In this document: positions 1 to 17,693 of the stretch, piece by piece | How positions within the stretch are numbered: the first letter of the stretch is position 1 | Layout: every line of letters begins with the position of its first letter | NCBI GenBank assembly: GCA_964016885.1 | Contig: OZ024746.1 | Span: 44,454,001 to 44,518,000 of the forward strand | Direction: 5' to 3' | Length of the DNA stretch: 64,000 nt | Source of the DNA: Eledone cirrhosa | Taxonomy: Eukaryota | Position numbers and translations under genes: made by a program | Notes under the pieces: generated by a model | Seen by the model: only the letters and a program-made list of their open reading frames with translations | The model's database searches: none | What the model was told of the DNA's origin: nothing

Positions 1-789
1 ATTGATTTCGTTGATTGTAGAAGGGGGAAAACAAAAATAACAAAATTATCTCCTTAAATGTCCAGTTATAGTGCACAGAATGAATATTCACGGCATCTAT
101 GTAGCAGAAATCAATAGATTCTACCTGAAATACAAATCTCATACTTGGAATGAGTCAAAAAAGTAGAAATGAAAGCGAATAAATAGCTGTCATTATGTAG
201 AAGAGATACATATCATAAATGAAATCAATGTTGGCATTGAAGATACACAAAGTTGAAAGGAAATATTTAATTGCAACATTTCTAAGAAATGGACATTCAA
301 GACATTGTATATGAAAAAATGCACACAAACAAGATGAAATATTGGACAGCAGATGGCACTTAACAAGGAAAATCAGTTGATAAGATGATGTCCAAGACAA
401 TGATACCAGAAAGGTCAAATGTTATGTTAGAAAGCTCCATATGAACAATGGCAGATAGAAAAGAACGAGTTTACAAATAAATAAAAGACGAAATGAAATA
501 GAAATGGAGTTTGAGATGTACAGAAAGATGAAAAGATGAAATGATAAAATAGAGACGAATATAGAAATAGAAACAGGTTAAAGAAGAATAAAATACTAAT
601 ATTGTGTATATGAAATAGGCAGGAAACCGACAGGTAATGATGTGTAGAGGGTGATTGAAGGAATACGTGAAAGAAATATGGAGGATAGTTCGCTGAGTGA
701 TAGAAAACTTTAAATTGTAATATAAAATTTGAAAGAATGAATATAAAAATAGATAAAGAATAAGTGCAGAAGCAGCTTATAGAATACTG

Positions 790-797
790 GAGAGAGA

Positions 798-852
<55 letters not shown>
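790..852. repeat. (GA)n microsatellite within a purine-rich low-complexity tract (about 130-1140)
   Basis: Direct reading; explains the spurious ORF 427..1074. Confidence 0.95.
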
Positions 853-857
<5 letters not shown>

Positions 858-3169
858 TCGAAAATAGAATCAATAGACAAGATGTATAGAAAGTGTATGA
901 TAGCGAATAATGAAGAACAGAATAGAAAGACGATATATAAAAGATAAAGTATATGAAGAAACTGTCTAGAGGAAGCAGAGAAAGTGGGTTCTTAAATAAA
1001 AGGAAAACAGAATGAATAAAACAATTCAGAACAATTGATAGAAAAATTATCTGACGAGATTCAATGAAAAACATAGGAAAAATATAACAAAAAACAAAAA
1101 CAAAAACACAAAAACAAAAAATTAACAGAAAATAACGGAAGCGTCATACAATCCATGTTTGGTGCTCATAGTAAATAAAACGACGTTATAAAGCTTGAAA
1201 ATATTCATAAAAATATTCGTGGGCAATGGAAATATAAATAAATAAAGATAAGAAAAAAAAATTAAATTCTGATAGAATAGAATTGTAATATGTAGAATCT
1301 ATATTTGTGTCAAAATTTACACACAAAAATATCCATAAATTACCATAATAAATATCCACACTACATTTGCAAAGGTGTATTCCATTCTCATTTTGCTGAA
1401 CTGAACACAAACAAAGATATTCTTACTGAATGAGATACAGTATTTTAATATGTATTTTGTTCTATTCTCATTTGCCTTCGAATCACACTCCGTTTTATGT
1501 AGATATCAACAGTAAATACTGAAGATTCAATGAGTGAAACTGCCTTAAAGTAATCCAAAGAGACAGCCGTGTTTCCTTCTAAGGTTAGTGAAATAATTTA
1601 GTAACTATTATTTAACATTTGCAAGAAATCATCATTCAGTGTTTGCAAGATGTTAGGGTGTCAGAGACGATAATACATCTGGGTATATCATAGTTTCGTC
1701 GCATAAATATCGATAAATTAAGCGTGTGCAATATATTGTGGTTGTTTTAATTGAGTATATTGTTCTCAATGAATGCCTGGTTTTCAAATTATACTAGAAA
1801 CATAATTTAAGTGACCTGTTGCAATGTACTTAAATAGTGTTTTGCACATTTATATTCGTATTTTCTCATTCACAGAATTTTAACGCTGAATTAGAGGCTG
1901 ATAAGAAAAGATTCGTTATAAATTTATGATATTGTAAGATCACCAAGTACCACCCCCTTTTTAATTCGCACATTTCTATAAATATAGATGTGATTTAAGA
2001 TAAACAAAAACACTTATATGCCGATTATCAATGACAATTAGAGTAATAAAATATGTTTCAGCTAATATATTATGATGACTGCAAACACACTCAGCATAAG
2101 TTAAAGATATCACGGAAATGTTCACTACATAACATATCGACTAACGATATATCGAAATCCTGAGACTCCTCACGACTAAATGAACTAAACTATTTCTAGT
2201 ATACAGTACTCTTTTTATCATATCTCCTACATCTAAGGAACATATCACTAACAAATAGCACTGGAATTCAATCATTATGTAGCTACATCGAGAATCCTAA
2301 GATTTACTGTGCTCTAATGCATATGATTTCTTTAAGGTTAATCATATATGGATAATCCAGGTAAAGTATCCAATTCTTCGACAAAATAGTAATCTTGTGT
2401 ATTAATTCTATCCTTAATTAATGGCATCATTTAAAGCAGAATGACAGAGTCGTTAAAAAGCTTGAGCTTCGTATACCGAACCCTCTGTATGGTATCGTGG
2501 ACTCAGTTTGACCCAAACTTTGTACGTGAAAATATGGAAAAGGAAATGTTATCGAATCTCTGTGAATCGAATTTGTACGTAATTCAAAATGTTAGCCTTA
2601 CGTGATGTTGCATGACACTGCTTCAAATTGGTAAATAAGTTAAAAATGAACGCATCTGTCAAATTCTCAGCCGATTATAAATTTATTATATAATGAGTTG
2701 GACGTTCATATGCTCGAAGAACTGAATGCCCATCATCGAAGCCATCAATTAATATAAATTCATGTTTATCCTTACGGCTATGAAATTCTGCATATGCGAG
2801 TATTAGCATGTTAAGATGGACTGCTAATTCCAAGAAACAACGGATTTATTAGACAACCTGAAACTAATTTTCCAGCAGCTCTCGAATTCCCACGAGTGAC
2901 ATAAATAACTGAAACATTTCTGAATTAGTAAAAAAGAAAATACTTTTTATTTACTTCACTAAATGAAAAGACCAGGAAAATGATCTTGTTCCTTTATCAA
3001 CAATAATTTCATTAGAATTACTTTAATTTAATAGAGATAGAAAAACCAGATATTTTAACTCGTGTGCATTTAAATTTAAAATAAGGAAGAAATTGTTTTT
3101 TTTTTTGTTATGAAGTAAAAAAGAAAACAACAGCATATGTAAAAGTATTCATAGAGATTGTTATTCATT

Positions 3170-4200
3170 TAAGAGCTAGAAAGAGTACTTAGATATCGGG
3201 TCCTGGTTGAAAAGTTTGAACTCATTCTATGATCCTCGCCACTTTTCCTTCAGATCAAAGTTATTGTCCTGAAAGATTTTTATTGATTCCCAGAATATTT
3301 TGAGTGATTTCAAGCGCATGTTGGGAAGGTTTTCCAGGTTTTCATAGATGGACAGTATTGGCTTGGACTTGGTAACAAGTACTGTTTCGTAGATTCTCTA
3401 CTGACGCCGCATGTGAGGCGGAGCTATATGAGAAAAGGGAGGCAGCCACTGAGTAGCTGCAGATTTCAGTGTGCTCGATACTATTCTCATTGTTGGGTTG
3501 ACAATTGTGTCAACTTGCTTGTCATGGCAGCTCCCTGCCTAGACCGCTTAACAGTACTCTGCAAGTGAACCTGTAAGGTTCGGAGTGTGTGCATCAGACC
3601 CCTAGCTATTTCCTGCCAAGTTGCAGATGATATTAACCTTGGTCTTGAGCTTTCCAACAATCCTCTTTAGATGCTCTCGGTATGTCAGGCTGCGATCCAA
3701 AGCCGCACCAAAATATATGGGGTGTGGTTCATTCTTGACAGCTCTACTACAGAAGGAGACATTGAGTTCCGTTCTAGCTTCTCTGGTGCCGAGATGGAAC
3801 GCTATCACAGTGGTCTTGCTTGGATTAGACTGAAGGCGCCAATAAGAGTGGTAGTCCTCCATCTTCTTCAGGTCTTTTGTGAGTAAACAATTGAAAAGAA
3901 CAGTATGAAATTGCGGGAAGCCTGAACAGGACATCCATTGATTGATTTGGATGGGCAGTAGAAATCTGGGTTGTAATACTTGTATTGTGTCTAAAATGGA
4001 ACGTGCCAGATTGTTTGGTATTATGTATAATATAGCGGTCAGAGGCTGAGGCCAAGGCATCCAACTGTTCCTCAGCCACACTGTCTGTGGTTTAGCCCTA
4101 TGAAGAGTGATGGCTGTTGAATTCACCAGCATGCAGCTTCAGATGGGAGTGAACTTTCAAAGTAGGAGAGGTCAAGTGCTTCTCAGCGGCTTGTACACGT
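3170..4200 (-). mobile_element. Degenerate, internally deleted non-LTR retrotransposon (I/Ingi-like): APE endonuclease remnant fused to the RT C-terminal region
   Basis: Minus-strand translations give NVYKP and AGEFNSHH (APE motifs), IIHNTKQSGTFH, then NPSKTTVIAFHL...YFGAALDRSLTYREHL...LKTKVNIICNLAG and later RLKSLKIFW; stops and frameshifts are present. Confidence 0.7.
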
Positions 4201-4539
4201 TAGTGATGGTGATGCACCCTATTCTCACAGTAGTGATAAATATGTGATTGAATTATATGAACAGTATTTAAAATAATTTATATAGAAAATTATAATGAAA
4301 TATCTTTATATAAAAATTCGAACCGAACACATATTTGTGCTTCAGCTACGTAAATGTCGATGAGCTAAATAGAGGCTGCGAATATCTGGAAATACTAATA
4401 CATAAAATATTTTCTTATTATGAATGGTATGAATAAAGATTATGTACCCAGAAAAAGACAAACAACAATTTGTATTTACAAGGTTTCAAATGCCACAAAT
4501 TTCAATGTTTAAACCGATGTACAATAGGAAATAAGAATG

Positions 4540-4629
<90 letters not shown>

Positions 4630-4635
4630 ATATAT

Positions 4636-6660
<2,025 letters not shown>

Positions 6661-6923
6661 TTGTTTCGCACAAAATTCTCTAAAAGGCTACAAAATAAAT
6701 TTCCAAATACGGGCGCGAAACTTAATGAACTTGTTCACGTGACAGTCATAATTTCATTTATAACCAATCAAATTACATTTATAAAAAAAAGCCTTCATGA
6801 GCCACTATCTTTTAAGTAAAAATAAATTCAAACACAAACTGGCGCTGATGTGTTTATTCACGTGACTGCATCAACCAACCAAATTTCACTCATATATGAA
6901 AAAACAACCTGAGCCTATATGTA

Positions 6924-6967
<44 letters not shown>

Positions 6968-6995
6968 TATATATATATGTCTATATATATATGTC

Positions 6996-7072
<77 letters not shown>

Positions 7073-7966
7073 ATCTAGCTATATATATGTCTATATATAT
7101 ATATTATATATATATATATACACATAAACTCTAAGATATATACAGAATATAAGATTATATTAAGAACATGAGAAAAAAATTAAACGCAAAACATCCAATG
7201 TATCTTAGCTGAAACAAAGATATCATCCAGCATATAAATAAAATGAAACAATTTCAAATTAAATATCTAACAATTTGAAATGAGTATTTATCGATAATCA
7301 TCGAACGCTCAGAATGGTTAAGCCGTAAACGCAAGACATTAAGGAATGCGATTAACACGTAAAACAGAATGCTTTTAGACTTTTGGATTCAGAAATTTTC
7401 CATTGTTGTATATTTTTTCCCATATAATACTCGAACGAAAAGAAAAATGTATTATAATATATAGCAAAAACAATCCCTTTGTCTTTGTTAGTAATCTTTA
7501 TTCGAATGCTTCACGTAACCATTTATATTAAGTCAATGATCCAGGTATTAGATTTTGTCATGAGATTTCTATTGAATGCCTTAGGTGAAGCGACAGGTCA
7601 AGCAGAGAAGTTGAATATTGTTATTGATTCAGAATTCTATATCTAAAGTAGTGGTATTCTATAAAACGCAACAGCTCTATTAATTATCAGAATTCCTTTT
7701 TTGTGCCGGAATTTCTGACGGATTAGCTAGATATACACAGATACAGGAATATTTAGATAACAAATTCCATTACACATATTAAGACATCATAGTGACCCGG
7801 TAAACCTGTAGATATTTCAGTAAGATTATATACGCCCAGTTACAGATGAGAAAGTATTCCATTTACTTGCTCCCCTAAATTTTAAACTCATTTAAACCCT
7901 ACATTTCCATACCTCATGCGCAAAAATAATCAGCACTTATAAGAGATAATGGATTTACAAGTAATT

Positions 7967-8159
7967 AATTGTTTCTACTTTTGGCACAAGACCAGCAATT
8001 ACTCAGTGTATTACTGGTACTTTATTTTATCGACCCCATAAGGATGAAAGGCAAAGTCAACCTCGGCGGGATTTGAACTCAGAATGGCAAGGGCCGTAAC
8101 TCTATGCGTCAAAGCATGGCGTCCGACCCTCTACCGATACTGCCAATCCACTGGCCATA
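7967..8159 (-). mobile_element. tRNA-derived SINE with Nin/Deu-like core domain
   Basis: RC has A box TGGCAGTATCGG, B box GAGTTCAAATCC, then GCCTTTCATCCTTATGGGGTCGATAAA; similar copies at 45356 and 45840. Confidence 0.85.
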
Positions 8160-8379
8160 AGTAATTAATGATTTTTACTAAGCAATGCAATACTCGCACA
8201 ACGCAAACTATTTACGATAGACATGCGTACTGGATAATCACCAGGTATATCAAACTAGAATCACACAGGGTCACTGATGGTCATTGAACAGATGGTCATT
8301 GTGACAAACCATCTCTTTTAGGAGGAGGTAGGTATTTACTTTGGTAAGAGAAATAAAGCTATATAGCAAGAAATAGTAA

Positions 8380-10090
8380 AATATTTCAGAGAATTTATTG
8401 ATTTGAAGTTTTCTGAGGTACCAAGATATGATATCATGTCTTTCAGCATAGCATTAACTTGCTATGTAAACTTAATATTATATTACATTGATACTTGATA
8501 TCCTATAAACTTGTTATTTTACATTGCTGTGAATTTAGATGATACATATTGTAGTGTCGAAATACTGGGATTTTATATCAATAATTTCTACGTTTCTGGG
8601 ATTTTAATTGATAATGAAACTAATGTAATTTTGTGTCAAGTTGTTCTTTTTATATTTCAAGCTTTCTGAATAATCTGGATTTGGACTTAAATTGTTTCTC
8701 AGAAATAAAGTTTTTATGGAAAAGAATATATAGAGGAATGTTTAACTTAATCCCGAAGGACAAGAAACATTTCTGCGTCAGATTTAACATTGCCTGCACT
8801 CAACTTTTGTTGATGGTAATGATATCGGGTTGCATGTTAATTCATAGAATGTATCTAAGAAATGATCTGAAGCACAATTTTCTTGTGAACTGCCACACAC
8901 CTTCAGCAAATTATGTTTTCTAAAAGGATGCAGATATGTCACTCAAATTCCATCACGTGCTGGAAGAAAAACATTTACTGTGGCTTACCTATTCTTCACA
9001 CAGTTAAAAAAGAGTTTGCAACATTTGCACGATTTTACCGAAGCCTGATAATCACGCCTTACTCATCACATGTTTGACAAATTATACTGAATTTCAGGAA
9101 TTTGAAAATAAACATTCTGACGCAACTTTTTCACGTGAATGCCATAAATCCCATGGTTATCAACACAATACTAGCAAATAACATCGACTCTCTCCTTAAG
9201 ATTGCTGAGAAATGACTGGCCAAAAAAGTTGAAAGAAAAAATATATGTTTATCGCAACGATCGTACTTACACAATCGCTTCACAAGCAGAACATGACAAC
9301 TGAACATGTGCAAATCATATATAGCTTCTGTAGTCATACAGAAAATACGACGCTACAAAATTATTTTGAATATGCTCTATTTGCTGACGGAGTGAAAGAT
9401 GAACTGACTATATTGTCTGAAAAATACGATGTATGTTATCTTTTTCGTTAATATTTCACCTACAGATTTGGTAATTTCTGATAAAGGTACTAGCATATCT
9501 TGGGAGCATTTATTGTCAGATGCTTTAAATCTAGCTGACAAAACTCAATTCGATTATATAATCGAGAAGAATGTTTTGGCTCTGCAACACTGAGGGTATC
9601 ATGTCTTTATTCCTAATGTATTAGTAAGCTTATAAAGTTCAAATTAAAATTAAGAAAACTAATTCGCCACTTGTATAATCGTAGTCCCTTCATGGTAGGA
9701 AGTGTAGGTGGAGATCATGGTAAAATAAAGAATATCGAGAGGCAGCCTTTGATAATGGTGCTGCATATAAATTAAATCTTTCGTTGTGAATAACTTTAAA
9801 ACAGTTCCTGAAATAGTACCTTATATGGGCGCAGTCACATTTACTCTTACACGCTTTTGCAATAGTCCAAGTCCACGATTACTACATGAATGACGTTTAA
9901 ATGCAACAGTTATAATTATTAGAGTTAGTTTGCACTAGTTCTGAAAAGTGCTTTGATTAGCTGTGTATATAGACCGATACGGACTTAGCAAAAACACAAA
10001 GAAACTCATTAGTTCATGTCTGCATCAAATACAGCAACTGTTCTCATGCATATGGTACTAATGTCAACTAATTCAACTCATATACATACA

Positions 10091-10121
<31 letters not shown>

Positions 10122-11105
10122 TATATATATAGATAGATATATATATACATAAACCTATATAGGCGGTGGCAATACTTATTAAGGGCTATGACGCACCTCT
10201 TGCATCTCTAAAGCCCTATTTTTAGTGTGTCAAATGTAGAAGATTTCAGGACTAATAACATTAATAATATCCGTCGAATCACACCCCTGTATTGACCCAA
10301 GGTGAATGGAAAGGACATTCAGATTCACATAGATAAATCCTATGCAAAATATCTAAGGAAGAATTATAGTATATTACTGAATAAGCAGCAGAGTGATCGC
10401 CATTTAAAAAAAAGCTTACTAGCAGCATCATGAAACCAATCACAAATATATCCTCTATTGACGAATATTGTAATCAAAATACACAGATGTGGATTCAAAT
10501 GAAAGTGCATGATGTATATAGCAGAAAAAACGAATATCATAGTTTAAGCCACTATTTATCTTAAATCGGAATTGTAACAACGTATGATATTTTCTCATAC
10601 CACAAATAATAACACAAGGTTTGATATGCCTACATCTAGTGTTACTCAAATTATGGTGAAATTTATTTCGGCTGAGATAGAACAAATAGACAAAGTGAAC
10701 TGCGTATTGCTTAACATAACATCCCCTTTGCAAACAGTGATTATCTTCTGACAGTGTCTATGAAAGCATTTCCGAAGAGTAAGATTGCTGAAGAATTATC
10801 AATGAAAAGAAGAAAATTGTCATTTGCTTTTCAGAATAGTATAATGAAAACGAGTGATAATGGATATCTGAAAGACACAAAAGATTCCAATCAAAATTGA
10901 TGAATATATAGACATTTCAGTCACTCAAATTTAGCTATAGTCGTGAAAACATTTTGATGTGAATAAGCATGATATTGTAGACACTCTATTATGTAATGTT
11001 GATGTTGATACGGCAACGGTTTTATAGTGCTGTTGAATCAACATTGCGCGAAAGAATATTCCTTTAAAAATATTATTGGATTTGCAAGCGATAATTGTAC
11101 TTCTA
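8380..11105. pseudogene. Highly degenerate, rearranged hAT-like transposase relic
   Basis: Plus strand 10900-11100: DEYIDIS..LAIVV..FD...NIIGFASDNC (frameshifted). Plus strand 8950-9220: YSSHS*KR and PWLS (RWLS motif). Minus strand near 8520: HSN (dimerisation-domain-like). Confidence 0.5.
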
Positions 11106-11669
11106 TTCATCTAATATTTGTATAGCAGATCGGTTCTGGAAATTATTAAAGGATGGGGTATACTATGCTGTTATTATGGAATGAATCTGTCAGACCTTCA
11201 CTCGTTGTGCTACGTATCCAGACAGATTAGTGTCCACTTTTTTAAATATGTTCTCCAAAGAGTGATGGTGTTTCTTTTCTCATAGCAGCAAAAGAAAACG
11301 ATCCGTATGTGCACCATCCAGGTGTACGTATATTTGCGGCGCAATCTCTTTTATAATGCTTTTCCATTGAAAGTAATCAAAGCAATATTAACTAAAAATA
11401 TAACATTTAAATATTATAACATAGTTATGAATTATCAGAATGTTTTTAAGGGGTAGAAATTTCATGTCAAACGGGAAAGTTTATCTGGTAAAGGAAGTGC
11501 ATCGCATTTTACTTGTAATTTACGAAGAAATAAACCGAAAAACTTATGTAATACTGTTGAAATCAAGCGATTAATGTATCATCTCCATACTATGCCATGT
11601 TTGTTCTCTTCCATTTGTTCATGCCACCTTCACATTCATAATATCAGGATCTCTCTGTACACAAGCCCT

Positions 11670-11732
<63 letters not shown>

Positions 11733-11736
<4 letters not shown>

Positions 11737-11893
11737 TTAGTTATACTATTTATGGTTATGTAAATACAAAACCTTATGCAGTTATAAGTATTTTACACAC
11801 ACCCTAAATAGTGGTAGGCAGTAATGTATTACTACCTTATTACCAGTAAGTTAAGTAGCTCAATGTAAAAACATCAGATGATTTACAGAGCAG

Positions 11894-11898
<5 letters not shown>
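11733..11898 (-). mobile_element. Solo terminal fragment of PLE family B (Naiad-like) inserted in (TA)n
   Basis: Closely matches 24901-25068. Confidence 0.85.
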
Positions 11899-11934
<36 letters not shown>

Positions 11935-11940
<6 letters not shown>

Positions 11941-12367
11941 GAATAGAGGTGTAACACACAAGTTATTATATATTGGTGTAAACGGAATAGAAAATGCTGA
12001 CAAATTGTTCACAGTGAAAAATAGTTTAATTAGGAATAAGTGAGAATTAGTAATTGTATTGGTTAGTATTCAGTTTTGGTTTTAAGTTTTACCGGTTGCA
12101 CATTTCTAATGCTTTTCAAAAACAATTTTGAGATAGAGCGTCCGTGATGTTTTGAGATAGAGCGTCCGTGATGTTTGCTCTGATCAGAGCAAACATCACG
12201 GACACTCTATCTCAAAATTATTTTTGAAAAGCATTAGAAATGCGCAACCGGTAAAACTTAAAACCAAAACTGAATACTAACCAATACAATTACTAATTCT
12301 CACTTATTCCTAATTAAACTATTTTTCACTGTGAACAATTTGTCAGCATTTTCTATTCCGTTTACCA

Positions 12368-12372
<5 letters not shown>
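11935..12372. mobile_element. Fold-back (palindromic) terminal fragment of PLE family C in (TA)n
   Basis: Arms centred on TGATCA at about 12183, with a short internal duplication at 12127-12175; homologous to 46277-46990 and 52790-53010. Confidence 0.85.
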
Positions 12373-12415
<43 letters not shown>

Positions 12416-12633
12416 TCTGTGGTGCGGAGATCGAGGAGACCACTAATCATGGGAGTACTCAATGCATGGGGAAATACAGATTGGGTATAGAGATAGGTAA
12501 AATCCAACCATGGTGTCAAGTGGTTTCAGCTTGCGTGTGCTGAAACCGCTTGGCGCCGCTGTCGTATTTCAACTTTCTTCCCACCCCCCTTTCTCTCTCT
12601 CTCTCTCTTTATAAATATATGAATTTATTATTA

Positions 12634-12738
12634 TTGGTGGATTTGCAGTATCGTTAGAGCGTCGGACACTATGGTTTGCAGCATAGAGTTGTAGCCCTTT
12701 ATGTTCTATGTAAAACATCGCCGATGTTAGTTTTGCCT
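12634..12738 (+). mobile_element. Degenerate tRNA-derived SINE head (same family as 7967-8159)
   Basis: TGGTGGATTTGCAGTATCGTTAGAGCGTCGGAC aligns by eye to the SINE 5' end. Confidence 0.55.
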
Positions 12739-12794
12739 ACACCTTTGGTATTTTAATCAAATTCATTACTATATATATGAATATATACACACCT

Positions 12795-12901
<107 letters not shown>

Positions 12902-12918
12902 TATATATAAATACATAC

Positions 12919-12949
<31 letters not shown>

Positions 12950-13181
12950 CCTATAGGCTTGTGAATATAACAATAACAATATAGAGATGATCTGATTGAG
13001 CGTAAAGTAGAAGGAAAAGTAGATGTGAGAAATAAGTTACCTTAATAATTGTATTGTTTGTAGAAAGAACTGTTAGAGATTCAAGAATTCATGGTTAGCC
13101 ACTTTTATACATTTCAAAAATAACTCTGACCCAGGAGATATATTTCAATATATATATATATATATATATACATATATATAG

Positions 13182-13224
<43 letters not shown>

Positions 13225-13307
13225 CATATATTTGTGTGTGTATGTATATATATATATATGTACATATATATGTGTATATGTGTATATATTTGTATATATA
13301 TGTTATA

Positions 13308-13345
<38 letters not shown>

Positions 13346-13374
13346 GAATATCACACACACACACACACACACAT

Positions 13375-13432
<58 letters not shown>

Positions 13433-14260
13433 GTGTATGTGTGTGTGATATTCATAATACGAATAGGGAGTCTATCTGAAAGTCGTGTGAAGGGACCAGT
13501 AAGTAAGTGGAAATATCTGAAAATGTTTTGTGGAAATGGTTTTATAGATCGTACCCCATAAAGCCTAAAGTGTTTTCCTTTATCAAATAAAGAGGAAACG
13601 CGTGTGATTTTGTTTATAAAAGAAATAAAAGAATATTCAAATAAACAAATAAATATGTTGAAGATAATAAAGTTCACAATTCCGGAAACACAGGATAACG
13701 ATGAAACACTTAAAGTTATTGATATTTTATGTGAATCAATATTTGTAGATTATACGTAATAAATATATTTCTGCTATTTCTTTAAAGGAATCGGGGTTCC
13801 CTTTGATGCGAACTTCTGAATACTATTTCTGGTTAATCACAAAGACATAGATATATTTGAAAATCTATAATACTCAGTGGATTTGCTTTCGTATCAGATA
13901 CAATTTTAGGCATTGTTTAAGGAGAAATTAAAGGGTAAAAACAACAAATTAACTATATTGGTGCTAGCACTGTTATAGCAGAACAAGAGCAGTAAATATT
14001 ATATCTATCGGAATATGTGGCATAGCTCTTTCGATAATGTTCACGCTAATTTGGATTGATTCAGACCGTTTGTATAGATGACGTTATAGAATGCAGTGAT
14101 AAGATTGGGGAAGCCAACTCCAAGTTAAAAGAGAAAGGAGAACACAAAGATATACTTTCATCATTGAACGCTTATATGGATTCATAGGAAATTGAATGGA
14201 TTCTGGCTTTTTAAAATTCGTAAAGACTGTATCGATTTGCAACTATATATATATATATTA

Positions 14261-14302
<42 letters not shown>

Positions 14303-14333
14303 TTGTATATATATATATATATGTATATTTGTG

Positions 14334-14371
<38 letters not shown>

Positions 14372-14790
14372 TATATATGCATAAAAATACATCTCTCTCT
14401 CTCTCTTTATGTATATATATGTGTATGTGTGTGTGTCTGTGTGTGTGTGTGTGTGTAATATATCTATAAATTGGCATGGGCACAAAGAAATAGATGCAGT
14501 TAATAGAGATTGTCTAATGTTGTATTAAATTTTTTGATACATTATCTGAATGGTGATAGCGTGCATGAATAACTGTAAGTATACTTTAAAAACGTCCATA
14601 TTTATTAGAATTGTTGCATCTGTATGTATGCGCTCATATATAAGTGTAATAAATAAATAAATATGTATATGTGTATATAAGTATGCACACACACACACCA
14701 TACACACAGACACACACACACACATACACACACACACACACAGACACACACACATACACACACACAGACACAGACACAGACACACACACA

Positions 14791-14879
<89 letters not shown>

Positions 14880-15015
14880 GAAGAATTTCGTTAGCACTCG
14901 AAATGTACGTTAAACTTATATCTGTACATACAGAGTGGTTTACCGAGATTCCACCAATGTGTAAACATACCAGAAAATATGAATTTCCCTGTAAATTTAA
15001 AAGAAAATGATAAAA

Positions 15016-15060
15016 ACTTTTAATCGATTTTCGGACCGAATTACGCCCTCGTCAAAACGG
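15016..15060 (-). ncRNA. Degenerate minimal hammerhead motif
   Basis: RC: UUGACGA-GGGC GUAAUUCG GUCC-GAAA-AUCGAU-UA; C3 replaced by U and stem I weak. Confidence 0.5.
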
Positions 15061-15496
15061 GTGTATATCATCCAAACAAACATAAGGGAACATGCCTACA
15101 TATGAAATATCTGTATATTTATATACACGTTGGTGCAGTCTTGGTTAACCATTTTACATATGTACAGATAAAATGGTATATAAATACATACACACACACA
15201 CACACCCATACACACACACACATACACACACAAACGCTCACACACTCAGACACAGACGCACATAGACGCACACAGACGCACACAGACGCACACAGACGCA
15301 CACAGACACACACACACAATCCCCTAAAAATAGAAACCGATAGGGCTCATGTTCCCTTCAATGTTAACTTACACCTTTGCATAGGTAGTGAAGGCCTGTG
15401 ACCCAACTTAGGTAGCGAATTCACAGCAGTGCATGCCTGTGGATTTATCTTATTCTATTTGTCTATTCATTCAATGTATAAAATTCGTACGTTCAG

Positions 15497-15707
<211 letters not shown>

Positions 15708-16221
15708 CTGCGATTATCTGTTTCTCGCTTTCTCTCTTACTGCTCCCCCGTTCTCTCTGTTTTTCTCACCTTCTTTCGCCCCCTCTGTCAGTTACACTTT
15801 CTCTCGACTGACATCTTCCTCGCACTTCCACTCACTCACTCTCTGTTTCTCCCCTTCTCACTTCCTCCCGTTCGTTAGTAGTGGGGTTCTTTCTTTCTCA
15901 CATCTCATTCACGGCGAACGGTCTGTTTTCTGACCGCTCATGAAATTCACCCAGCTTATGCTGACCAGATAACCATCATGTTGCTTGGTGTTTTCCTACC
16001 TTCGGTTTGCTTTTCCTTCTATGTTGTTTACTTGTCTCACTCGCTTTACGCGATTCACTTGTCCCAATAGCTTATTTTAGTTATTGCTCGCACCAACCTG
16101 AGGTATCTGATTTTTAATGCGATGAAATACCAATGATGGTTGGCAAATCACTGATGAGGGACTAATTTTATAATATGTAACCCATGTGCAACCACGCAGT
16201 ATTCCCCTTTCTTCCCATGTT

Positions 16222-16295
<74 letters not shown>

Positions 16296-17648
16296 ATGTG
16301 TGTGTGTGTGTGTGTTTTACAACATCCCTTCGTATTTTTAATCTAAATGAAGTCTGCACATACTTACACGTCCTGTAAGCTCATTTTCTATCCAAGTGGC
16401 AAATAGATTAACAAATTATTCTGGGTGTAAATCATGTAACATTTTCGTAGTTACATGATAATAGACTAGCTATTAACAGTCTATCTTTTGAATGCAAGCT
16501 TAATAAGCAAACCTAATATTAGTAGAGTGAGAACAATCATTAGTATTGTTATTCTTAAAACAATAATCCGGTGTTTGATTACATATAAATGCCCTAGGCT
16601 AGATGACAAGGAAAATGACTAAATTTGTTTTTCTCTTTAATGAAATATTACAATCCATATTGATGAGCTACGCACTGCGCAAATCAATAAAATAGATAAT
16701 CGCTATAAACGGATAATATATATTTTCATATAGTATGTTATTGTAATGAAGGTGAAAAACAACTAAAAGTGTATTTATAGTACAGAATTGTCTGCCTTAG
16801 TGCAAGATAGTTTTCGCGATGATATACAAAATATGTTTTAGATTGATTATATTTAAATGGCTTATGTTTCAAGTAAAACGTTGCAAATTGTACAATAATT
16901 AGAACAAATATGTTAACAATTACTCAACTATCGATTATTACACTCAACAATTGATCTTATTAAAAAGAAAACGTCTTCTAATTTTTAAACAATGAACTCA
17001 TTTTGCCAAGCTAAAATTAAAAAATAATGTTGAGGAGCAATAGGCGATTGATTTACATCGATCCCATTTGTATTACTGATATGTATTATTGACAGATAAA
17101 ACAAAAAGCTCTATCACGAATATTGTAAATTTTGAAGCTAGCAAAAATAATATTGTATTATAGAATGTATAAACTGTATATAGGCAGCTGAATTATACTA
17201 TACATTCCTCTCTGTACAGAGAATGTGCTGACTTTAACCGAATTTGTGAGAAATATATGCATGTGGATGTTTTTGTACATGTATATATAATCCATAGTGA
17301 GCCCTCCCTTGGCGTAATGCTAATCGCACTCCGATGGCATTCGAGACGCGTGAAGCTCGATTTTCCCTGGCAGCTGGTGGCCACTAATTGCCGATTCCAT
17401 TCGTTGCTGATATTTTCTGCGTGTGGGATTCTCACATCTCAAAAAATATTCAAATCAAATCAACCAAACAAGCCTTGTGATAATTCCTAGGGTATAAATA
17501 TATATATATATATATATATTGTTATACTTTGGGAGGGTCATATTGCCAATAAGAAACACACGCACCATAATAAATTTATAATAAATTTATAAATTTATAA
17601 ATTTCTGGTTGGTTGGTTGGTTCCACAACCAGATAGGTGTTTATATAT

Positions 17649-17693
17649 AGTCATAGTTCTTTCGTCACACACTCTGTGACCTCTTCAGTGACT
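17649..17693 (-). ncRNA. Minimal type I hammerhead ribozyme, PLE family A
   Basis: RC: AGUCA-CUGAAGA-GGUCACAGAGUGUGUGAC-GAAA-GAAC-UA-UGACU. Confidence 0.85.

Noticed and set aside
11935-12372. MITE/DNA transposon call for the palindromic inserts
   Set aside because: The arms match the 3' terminus of the PLE at 52790-53010 and are of unequal length, which fits retroelement fold-back rather than TIRs.
16092-16165. Possible hammerhead (CTGAGGT...GAAA and a downstream CTGATGA)
   Set aside because: Core and stems cannot be assembled consistently; at best a decayed remnant.
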